Origin: an uncultured Bacilli bacterium
Lineage (GTDB): Bacteria; Bacillota_I; Bacilli_A; RFN20; CAG-826
Length of the DNA stretch: 42,657 nt
Assembly (NCBI GenBank): GCA_905235705.1
Contig: CAJOML010000003.1
Location: 1 to 42,657, forward strand
Direction: 5' to 3'
Part shown: one piece after another, positions 35,665 to 42,657 of the stretch
Numbering within the stretch: the stretch's first letter is position 1
Layout of the letters: every line of letters starts with the position of its first letter
Program-made: the position numbers and the translations under genes
Notes under the pieces: model-generated
The model's input: the letters and a program-made list of their open reading frames with translations, nothing else
Told to the model about the DNA's origin: nothing
The model's database searches: none

Positions 35665-36284
35665 TGCCCTATAAGGCGGAGCTGACTTTATTTATCGTTC
35701 TCGCGGTTATCGCCGCCTTGTTTTTCCTTTTCTTATTTCTTTATCCGCCGATCAAAAGGTCGTTTTATAAGCATCATACGGTGAGGGCTTATTACAAAAA
35801 AGTCGCCCGCATCGCCGAAGATAATGACTTTTATCTCATCAACAATTTCAAATCCCACACGACCGATTCTTTGACGTTCCATATCGATCATCTTCTTGTT
35901 GGCGATAAATATATTTATTGCATCAGGGATAGATATTATGATGGGGCCCTTTCGGCGAAAGAAGAAGACGAAAGCTGGATATATTACCAAGGCAAAAACG
36001 CCAAATATATCGATAATCCGATGCGCATGAACGAACTCCGCGTTGAGAAGCTTGCTCTTATGTCGGGAATTAAACGGGACATCTTCGTTTCCATCGTTTT
36101 GATTAATGACGATTGTTGGATCACCCCGCTTTCTAATACCGTGTCCCGTTCTTATTTATCTAGTCTAGCGATGTTACCGAAAATCATTAAAACCCTTGAA
36201 TCGGATGATGTGCCCTCCTTAGATCAGTGGGCAGTCGAACGAGTCGTCTCAGATTTCGCCACCTTGAAAAACAATGAAAATTGA
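35664..36284 (+). CDS. membrane-anchored NERD-domain protein
   Basis: N-terminal TM helix, then LINN...HIDHLLVG...W....NPMRMN NERD pattern. Confidence 0.7.
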   Translation: MPYKAELTLFIVLAVIAALFFLFLFLYPPIKRSFYKHHTVRAYYKKVARIAEDNDFYLINNFKSHTTDSLTFHIDHLLVGDKYIYCIRDRYYDGALSAKEEDESWIYYQGKNAKYIDNPMRMNELRVEKLALMSGIKRDIFVSIVLINDDCWITPLSNTVSRSYLSSLAMLPKIIKTLESDDVPSLDQWAVERVVSDFATLKNNEN

Positions 36285-37305
36285 CCCTGCTAAAAGTTAT
36301 CTTCGTGCCGGGGCGACATACGGAAAACATTACCAAGATTATTTAGCCGCCTCAGCTTGGTTTTTCCTTGTTTCTATTTTGCCTATCGTCATTTGCTTAT
36401 TGACCCCTTTAACATTGATTCTCACCTTGCCTTTATTTTATGCCGCCGTCTTTTTTGTCCTTGAATTATATGTGATGGCGAAAAAAGACAACCTAAAGGT
36501 CGGTTTTAACGGGGTGAAGACCTATTATTTCCGTTATTTCTCGCCCTTTTTTAAGCGTATATATCGGGTGTGGGTAGGATGTGGCAAAGCGGTTGGGTTT
36601 GCCGCCGCGATAAGCTTTATCATCGGCTTAACCTATGGATTAATCGCCAATTATTTGAATCCCGAATTCGCCCAGGCGATGAACGAACTCTATTCCAGCT
36701 ATTTACTGATGGATATGCAAATCTTCCTTGCCTTAACGCGGGAAAACGTCCATGTCCTTTCCTTATTAAGAGTGGTGCAATTCGTCGCCGTTTCTGTCTT
36801 TACTTTGGTCTTTGCCGCCCATTTGCTAAGGCATAGCCTAAATGTTTTTGTCCGCGCCCATTATGCCCCTCCTTATCCTTACCAACAGGCAAATGAGGTC
36901 TTCTTATTTGCATATAAAGGACACAAGCGTGAGATTAACCGCCTTTTCTTTCGGTTAGACATCTTGCTGATCTTGGTTCATTTATTAAGTTTCGGCCTAT
37001 TTTTCTTTATCTCGGCTTATTTTAATTTCGATATATTGTATTCTTTGGCTTTGTCTCTTGCCTTATCTTCCCTGATTTTCTCTTTTGCTTTGCCTTTTTA
37101 TCTTTGCCTTATCGAATCGATTTCAAAACCATTTGATTATTATGCCAAACAAAGCGTCATCACCTTGACCTTGCGGGCAATCAAGCAACAAGAAATCATT
37201 TCTAATGGTCCGACTCCCGAAACCGAAGCGACAAAAGAAGAACTAAAGGCTCTCGAAGAAACGCTGAAGCGCCAAGAAGAAAACAAAGACGCTGAAGAGA
37301 AATAA
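36274..37305 (+). CDS. hypothetical polytopic membrane protein
   Basis: 343 aa, about 6 TM segments and a charged C-terminal tail. Confidence 0.75.
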   Translation: MKIDPAKSYLRAGATYGKHYQDYLAASAWFFLVSILPIVICLLTPLTLILTLPLFYAAVFFVLELYVMAKKDNLKVGFNGVKTYYFRYFSPFFKRIYRVWVGCGKAVGFAAAISFIIGLTYGLIANYLNPEFAQAMNELYSSYLLMDMQIFLALTRENVHVLSLLRVVQFVAVSVFTLVFAAHLLRHSLNVFVRAHYAPPYPYQQANEVFLFAYKGHKREINRLFFRLDILLILVHLLSFGLFFFISAYFNFDILYSLALSLALSSLIFSFALPFYLCLIESISKPFDYYAKQSVITLTLRAIKQQEIISNGPTPETEATKEELKALEETLKRQEENKDAEEK

Positions 37306-37328
37306 AAAAGGCCGGAATGAACCGGCCT
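37303..37328 (-). terminator. terminator for tRNA-Gly (possibly bidirectional)
   Basis: AGGCCGG-loop-CCGGCCT with a T-run on the minus strand. Confidence 0.75.
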
Positions 37329-37338
37329 AATTATCATC

Positions 37339-37412
37339 TGGAGCAAGCGACGGGAATCGGACCCGCATAACTACCTTGGCAAGGTAGTGTTCTACCACTG
37401 AACTACGCCTGC
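37339..37412 (-). tRNA. tRNA-Gly (GCC)
   Basis: GCAGGCG/CGCTTGC acceptor stem, anticodon arm CTACC-TTGCCAA-GGTAG, U73 and encoded CCA. Confidence 0.95.
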
Positions 37413-37442
37413 GACTCACTCCGTTTGATTTGGAGCGTGAGA

Positions 37443-37472
37443 ATTATAAGACCCTTAGAGGGGGGAGTGCAA
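37443..37472 (-). promoter_or_regulatory. promoter of tRNA-Gly
   Basis: TTGCAC, 18-nt spacer, TATAAT on the minus strand. Confidence 0.7.
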
Positions 37473-37557
37473 GAGCGAGTTTATCACTTTCTTGTTTCTA
37501 CGCGTGCAAACTCGCCCACGTAGCCTTATAATCACCTCGCCATAAGGAGAGTCAAAG

Positions 37558-39213
37558 ATGAATCCAAATGATGAGCTAGCAGAACTATTATTCCCCGAAA
37601 TCAAGGAGACAATCGAGGATCTTGAAGCCCGTTTCCCGCCGCGTCAGCTTCCCGAAGGTGCCCAAGTCACCCGTTTCGCCCCTTCCCCAACCGGCTTTTT
37701 ACATACCGGCTCTTTGTTCACGGCCATGATCTCTTCGACCGTCGCCAAACAAAGCGGTGGGGTTTATTGCTTCCGCTTAGAAGATACCGACACCAAAAGG
37801 ACGGTCACCGGCAGCGATCAAGATCTAATCGATCAATTGGCCGCTTTCGGAATCGTTGCCGATGAAGGATATTTCCCTAATGGGGACAAAGGAGCTTATG
37901 GCCCTTACCGTCAATCCGACCGCGCCTCCATCTATAAAACCGTCATCAAAGAACTCATCCGCGAAGGCAAAGCCTATCCTGATTTCTGCACCCCCGAAGA
38001 TTTAGATCAAATCCGTAAAATCCAGGAAGAAAAGAAAATCCTTCCCGGCTATTATGGGGAATATGCCCGTGACCGTAACCTCACATCCGAGGAACGTATC
38101 GCCAGAATTAAAGCGGGAACCCCTTGGGTTATCCGTTATCGTAGCAATGGCGACCACGAGAGAAAGACCAAATTCACCGATGTGATCCGCGGCGAAATCG
38201 AGCTTCAGGAAAATGACACCGATGTCGTTATCCTTAAATCCGATGGCCTTCCCACTTATCACTTCGCCCATGTCGTCGATGACCATTTTATGCGCACGAC
38301 AATGGTAACCCGTGGCGAGGAATGGATTCCTTCCACCCCGATTCACCTCGATATGTTCCGTGCCTTAGGATGGAAAGTCCCTAAATACGCCCATCTTCCT
38401 TCCATCATGAAATTGGATAATGGCAATCGCCGTAAATTATCCAAACGTAAAGACAAGGAAGCCGCCGTTTCCTATTTCCTTGATCAAGGTTATCCCGCCG
38501 AAGCGCTTAAGGTGTATTTGATGTCCATCGCCAATTCCAATTTCGAGGAATGGTCCATCACCAATAAGTCATTCGACATCGATAAATTCAAATTCTCCAT
38601 CAAGAAGATGTCCTTCGATGGGGCCTTATTCGACATGGATAAGCTCAATTATTTCTCCCGCGAAGTCATCGTCAGGATGCCGTTAGAGGAAGAATTCGAA
38701 GCCGTTTATGAATACGCCAAAGCCCACGAGGAAGTCTTTGCCAAACGCATCGAAAGCGATCCTATTTATTTCAAACGCATCCTCAATATCGAAAAAGACA
38801 GCAAGAACCCACGTAAGGACTATGCCAAATATAGCGACATCTATCCCATTATCCGTTATTTCTATCCTGACGAATACGATAAAATCGCCGCTTCCGAACT
38901 TCCTTTTAATCCCGCTTATTCGAAAGAATTAATCGCCGCGATGATGGAAGACTTCAAAGGCATGCCTTTCGGGGTCGATGAAAATACCTGGTTCGGCTTT
39001 ATCAAAGAAGTGGGGGCAAAACATGGCTTCGCCTCTTCCAATAAAGATTATAAGACCGACCCCTCCGCCTTCGTTGGTTCACTCTCCGATGCGGCTGGGG
39101 TGCTTCGCGTTGCCATTGTCGGCTCGACCTTATCGCATAACCTCCACGAGATCCTTGATATCCTAGGTCACGATGAAGTGGTGCGCCGCTTAGAAATCAT
39201 TAAATCCAAATAA
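37558..39213 (+). CDS. gltX: glutamate--tRNA ligase
   Basis: TRFAPSPTGFLHTGS (HIGH), RLEDTD, GPYRQS, DGLPTYHFAHVVDDH and KLSKR. SD AAGGAG. TATAAT at 37527. Confidence 0.95.
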   Translation: MNPNDELAELLFPEIKETIEDLEARFPPRQLPEGAQVTRFAPSPTGFLHTGSLFTAMISSTVAKQSGGVYCFRLEDTDTKRTVTGSDQDLIDQLAAFGIVADEGYFPNGDKGAYGPYRQSDRASIYKTVIKELIREGKAYPDFCTPEDLDQIRKIQEEKKILPGYYGEYARDRNLTSEERIARIKAGTPWVIRYRSNGDHERKTKFTDVIRGEIELQENDTDVVILKSDGLPTYHFAHVVDDHFMRTTMVTRGEEWIPSTPIHLDMFRALGWKVPKYAHLPSIMKLDNGNRRKLSKRKDKEAAVSYFLDQGYPAEALKVYLMSIANSNFEEWSITNKSFDIDKFKFSIKKMSFDGALFDMDKLNYFSREVIVRMPLEEEFEAVYEYAKAHEEVFAKRIESDPIYFKRILNIEKDSKNPRKDYAKYSDIYPIIRYFYPDEYDKIAASELPFNPAYSKELIAAMMEDFKGMPFGVDENTWFGFIKEVGAKHGFASSNKDYKTDPSAFVGSLSDAAGVLRVAIVGSTLSHNLHEILDILGHDEVVRRLEIIKSK

Positions 39214-39219
39214 GGAAGG

Positions 39220-39245
39220 TCTCCCAGTTGGGAGATTTTCTTTTT
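39220..39245 (+). terminator. terminator of gltX
   Basis: TCTCCC-agtt-GGGAGA followed by TTTTCTTTTT. Confidence 0.7.
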
Positions 39246-39252
39246 GGCAAAG

Positions 39253-39279
39253 AAAAAACGGCTAGAAGAACCAGCCGTT
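39253..39279 (-). terminator. terminator of tRNA-Glu
   Basis: AACGGCT-loop-AGCCGTT with a T-run on the minus strand. Confidence 0.7.
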
Positions 39280-39289
39280 AATGTCAAGA

Positions 39290-39364
39290 TGGTGATCCCA
39301 ACTGGAGTTGAACCAGTCATTCGACCTTGAGAGGGTCGCGTCTTAACCGATTGACCATGGGACC
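39290..39364 (-). tRNA. tRNA-Glu (CTC)
   Basis: GGTCCCA/TGGGATC acceptor stem, anticodon arm CGACC-CTCTCAA-GGTCG, T-arm GGTTCAACTCC and encoded CCA. Confidence 0.95.
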
Positions 39365-39463
39365 AACCGCATGGCAAATTAAAGCACTTAAATGGGAAGA
39401 GGGCAATCTTTTTCTTACGCTTGGGATTTAAGAAGAAGGCGAAATGGGATAAACTTAGTCGTT

Positions 39464-40468
39464 ATGATTCGACCCCCGTTTTTAGAAAAAGGCGATACGA
39501 TTTATCTTGTCGCCCCTTCCTTCGGCTGCACCGAAGAGCCTTATCTCACCCGTCTTGAAGTTTCTTTGAAGAAATGGAAGAACAAAGGCTATAAAGTCAT
39601 CGAAGGGAAAAATATCCGTAAAGCCGAGGGCGTCGCCGCCTCAACCTCCCCCAAAGAAAGGGCGGAGGAGATTTTAGAAGCCTTTTCTAGCGAGGCCAAA
39701 GCCGTCATTTCCGTCGGCGGTGGCGAATTAATGAACGAGATGCTTGGCAAACTCGATTTCGATGCCTTAAGGAAACTTCCGCCGAAATGGTTCATGGGGT
39801 TCTCCGACAATACGAACCTTACTTTTTTGTTAACGACTAAACTTGGCTGGATGAGTATCTACGGTCCTTGCTTCCCTCAGTTTTTCCAAAAGAAGTGGCG
39901 TCTTTCCGAAGCTGATGGGTTTGCCTTACTTCATGGGGCAACCCATTTGGAAGGATATCCGAAATATTCGATTACGAGGCGAAACGAGAACCCTCTTATC
40001 TCTTATCGATGCACCCAGATGAAAATCATTACCGCGGTCGATTATGAAAAACCGTTGATCGGCACCTTATTAGGTGGATGCATGGATATCTTGCAAATGT
40101 ATCCCGGCACTTCTTTTGATGATGTCGATAAGTTTAACCAAGAACATCCAGAAGGCATCATTTGGTATTTGGAAGCCTGCGACTTAAATCCCCTTGATAT
40201 CCGTCGCGCCTTATGGCGGTTTAAAGAAGCGGGGTGGTTTAAAAACGCGAAAGGCTTCTTATTCGGAAGACCCCGTAATGGACGTTATGAACTTCTTGGG
40301 GTTGATCGCTTCAATGCCGTCATCGATGTCTTGAAACCATTAGGCAAACCCATCCTTCTTGATGTCGATTTGGGTCACGTCTCGCCTTCTTTGCCCATCG
40401 TTAACGGAGCCAAAGCCAAAGTCACTTTGGAAGAAGGCAACATTATCTTTGATTATCTTTATGAATAA
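39464..40468 (+). CDS. S66 family peptidase (LD-carboxypeptidase/MccF-like)
   Basis: VAPSFG, GFSDNT (Ser nucleophile), LLGGC, WYLE and DLGH. ATG 39464 (MIRPPFL) fits the family N-terminus better than 39392. Confidence 0.88.
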   Translation: MIRPPFLEKGDTIYLVAPSFGCTEEPYLTRLEVSLKKWKNKGYKVIEGKNIRKAEGVAASTSPKERAEEILEAFSSEAKAVISVGGGELMNEMLGKLDFDALRKLPPKWFMGFSDNTNLTFLLTTKLGWMSIYGPCFPQFFQKKWRLSEADGFALLHGATHLEGYPKYSITRRNENPLISYRCTQMKIITAVDYEKPLIGTLLGGCMDILQMYPGTSFDDVDKFNQEHPEGIIWYLEACDLNPLDIRRALWRFKEAGWFKNAKGFLFGRPRNGRYELLGVDRFNAVIDVLKPLGKPILLDVDLGHVSPSLPIVNGAKAKVTLEEGNIIFDYLYE

Positions 40469-40480
40469 AAAGGAGAAAAT

Positions 40481-40998
40481 ATGATCATCTTAACGATTAA
40501 AGACCACGGTCAAATCAAACTCGAACTCGACCGTGAAAACGCCCCCATCTCGGCGGCGAACTTCACTTCCTTGCGAACTTCACTTCCTTGGTGAAAAAGG
40601 GCTTCTATAACGGACTGACCTTCCACCGTATCATTAAAGGCTTTATGATCCAAGGCGGCGATCCGCGCGGCAACGGGACGGGAGGACCTGGGTATTCGAT
40701 CAAAGGCGAATTCGCCAAAAACGGGGTCGACAATAAGCTCCGTCATAGCCGTGGCGTCATCTCCTTTGCCCGTAGCGCCCTCCCCAATTCCGCCGGCAGC
40801 CAATTCTTCATCTGCGATAAAGACGATTATTTCCTTGATGGCTCTTATGCCGCCTTCGGCAAAGTCATCGAAGGCATGGAAGTGGTGGATTCCATCGCTT
40901 CTAGCAAGACCGGGCCAAATGACCGTCCGGTTAAACCCGTCGTCATCGAGAAGGCGGAAGCCATCGATGAACCTGACGTCGAATTCGCCAAATTCTAA
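40481..40998 (+). pseudogene. cyclophilin-type peptidyl-prolyl isomerase, frameshifted by a 17-bp tandem duplication
   Basis: SD AAGGAG and ATG 40481 give MIILTIKDHGQIKLELDRENAPISAANFTSL, then the frame shifts and stops at 40592-40594. The downstream frame has FHRIIKGFMIQGGDP and AGSQFFI. Removing one copy restores a 166-aa protein. Confidence 0.85.
40556..40589 (+). repeat. perfect 17-bp tandem duplication, GCGAACTTCACTTCCTT x2
   Basis: Copies at 40556-40572 and 40573-40589. Confidence 0.97.
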
Positions 40999-41000
40999 TC

Positions 41001-41891
41001 ATGAACCAAGGACGGGCCCTCTTTCTTTATTCAAACGCGACGGGGCGAGGCAAGGTCTTTCGCGACATCGCGAAAATCAAGGCCCGTCTTTCTTTGTGCT
41101 TTGAGGAATTCGTTTCCCATCAAACCTCCTCGATGGAAGAGGGAATGGAACTTGCCCGGAAAGCCTGCGGCAAATACCAATATCTCATCATCGCCGGGGG
41201 AGATGGGACGATGAATCATATCGTCAACGTCCTCGCCAAAGAAGAGAACCCCCCGATACTTGGCTATATCAATGCCGGGACGATTTGCGACATCGGTTCG
41301 GATTTTGGGATACATGGTCATTATCATCGCGCCCTAAAAATCATCGAGGAAGGATATACCAAGCATTTCGACGTCGGAATAATCAATCACCAATATTATT
41401 TTGGCTATGTGGCGGCGATCGGTTCTTTCGCCGATATCCCTTATATCACCCCACGTGCCTATAAAAAACGGATTGGTCGCATCGCCTATTATACCGTCGC
41501 CGCCAAAGAAGCCCTCTTCACCTTTAAGAAAATCCCCGTCCATGTCGAAGTCGATGGCAGGCATTATGATTTGAACGTCCCTTTTGTTTTGCTCCTATCC
41601 GGGAAGAAAGTCGGTGGCTTTGTCGTCAACACAAGCGACCATCGTATTGACGATGGAAAAATGGAACTGTTTTTAACCAAACCGGGGCTATTTAATGGAC
41701 TTGTGCATTATCTTTTCTTTAAGACAAGGACGGTGAAACTGCGCGGTTCCCATTTCAAAATCACCCTCGATTATCCCTACCCTTGGTGCATCGATGGGGA
41801 GGCAGGGCCTAGCGGAAGCGTGGAGATCGAAGTGCTTCCGCGAAAATTGACGATGTTTTGCGCCAAAAAGATTGCGAATAACCGTAAATAG
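41001..41891 (+). CDS. diacylglycerol kinase family lipid kinase (YegS/DgkB-like)
   Basis: AGGDGT, LGYINAGT, KKRIGRIAY, IDDGKME and IDGE motifs. Confidence 0.88.
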   Translation: MNQGRALFLYSNATGRGKVFRDIAKIKARLSLCFEEFVSHQTSSMEEGMELARKACGKYQYLIIAGGDGTMNHIVNVLAKEENPPILGYINAGTICDIGSDFGIHGHYHRALKIIEEGYTKHFDVGIINHQYYFGYVAAIGSFADIPYITPRAYKKRIGRIAYYTVAAKEALFTFKKIPVHVEVDGRHYDLNVPFVLLLSGKKVGGFVVNTSDHRIDDGKMELFLTKPGLFNGLVHYLFFKTRTVKLRGSHFKITLDYPYPWCIDGEAGPSGSVEIEVLPRKLTMFCAKKIANNRK

Positions 41892-41976
41892 CGAACATTT
41901 GCGGTTTTTTTCTCTCTTGTGCTTTTACGCGCGTGACCTTATACTCATTCATAGATAAATTTGCGGAGGAAAGCAA

Positions 41977-42657
41977 ATGAAAAAGAAAGTGATAGTCACA
42001 TCCATCCTCGGCTTCATCTTTATGGCAGCCGGATTTGTGCTCTTCCTTTTCATGGGCAATTTTGTCACCACCGACGGGGCGATCGTTTATTCGTCCGATA
42101 ATTTCTTCGCCGGTGACGTGCTCAAAAACCTGTTCATTGGGGAATTCACAAAACTCCAGGTGATGTCCTATGTCAACATCGGTTTGACCGCCGTTATGCT
42201 GATTTTGGTCATCGCCCACCTCATCATGCTCATTAGCAAGCGTCATGGCGCTGCTTTCTGGGAATTCTTAGTCGCTTTAATCGAAACGGTTGCCCTCTTT
42301 GGCTTTATGACCTTGAGCTTTGCCCCTGGTTATTTCGCTCAGGCCAACGTTTCTTTATATGCCTATGGCGGTATCGAATCCAAGGATATCGTCGGCGGCT
42401 TCTATCAATGGGTCGTCGCCTTGTTCCAAGGCAACCTCATTGGCGTTGGCAATATGTTGGTGTTCTTCATCCCGGCCCTCTTATTTGTCGTCGGTTTGAT
42501 CCTCGCTCTTATCGCCCTCATTGGCGATATGCGTTATCTCGCCTCCCTTAAGAAAGATAAGAAAGGCGAATCCGACGACGAAGTCTTCGTCATCGATGAT
42601 GAAGACCTTGAAGAAGGCGAAAGCAAAGAAGAAGCTCCTGCTCCTGCTTCTTCTCCT
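41977..42657 (+). CDS. membrane protein, truncated by the window end (absent from the ORF track)
   Basis: Promoter TTGTGC-17-TATACT (41917-41945), SD GGAGG, ATG 41977. Reads MKKKVIVTSILGFIFMAAGFVLFLFMG... and stays open to the end, with about 4 TM segments and then an acidic stretch. Confidence 0.8.
   Translation, partial: MKKKVIVTSILGFIFMAAGFVLFLFMGNFVTTDGAIVYSSDNFFAGDVLKNLFIGEFTKLQVMSYVNIGLTAVMLILVIAHLIMLISKRHGAAFWEFLVALIETVALFGFMTLSFAPGYFAQANVSLYAYGGIESKDIVGGFYQWVVALFQGNLIGVGNMLVFFIPALLFVVGLILALIALIGDMRYLASLKKDKKGESDDEVFVIDDEDLEEGESKEEAPAPASSP

Noticed and set aside
37413-37557. T-box or other riboswitch upstream of gltX
   Set aside because: The leader is only about 20 nt from the predicted promoter, and no T-box motif is visible.
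37339-39364. tRNAs as integration sites for an island
   Set aside because: No integrase is present and I found no duplicated tRNA 3' end in the window.
39168-39377. 69-aa minus-strand ORF
   Set aside because: It overlaps tRNA-Glu and two terminators.
40588-40998. 136-aa cyclophilin treated as a complete gene
   Set aside because: It lacks the N-terminal strands and helix, which are encoded upstream in another frame before the duplication.
41809-42246. 145-aa minus-strand ORF
   Set aside because: It is antisense to the promoter- and SD-supported plus-strand gene starting at 41977 and to the end of the DAGK gene.

Overview
A 42.7 kb chromosomal window from a Firmicute-like bacterium using the standard genetic code. 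The lineage is an inference, possibly an uncultured gut or rumen Bacilli group. From left to right it contains: (1) a minus-strand operon with a 2401-aa bimodular NRPS (C-A-T-C-A-T-R), a STAS protein and a membrane sensor fusing PP2C phosphatase and RsbW-type kinase domains, flanked by YhhN-like and PAP2 genes; (2) a GT8 plus flippase-like gene pair; (3) an 11 kb galactan-utilisation operon (ABC binding protein, two permeases, AraC, lipoprotein GH53, a 606-aa unknown, an 86-aa Cys-rich protein, cytoplasmic GH53) with no recognisable beta-galactosidase; (4) a PlsA/PlsR-type plasmalogen synthase pair; (5) housekeeping genes: cdaA-glmM-glmS, deoD, NERD protein, tRNA-Gly(GCC), gltX, tRNA-Glu(CTC), an S66 peptidase, a cyclophilin broken by a 17-bp duplication, and a DAG-kinase family gene. 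Several genes appear leaderless. I saw no CRISPR array, IS element or prophage. The best candidates for new biology are the uncharacterised enzyme pair inside the galactan operon and the NRPS coupled to a partner-switch module with no sigma factor nearby.
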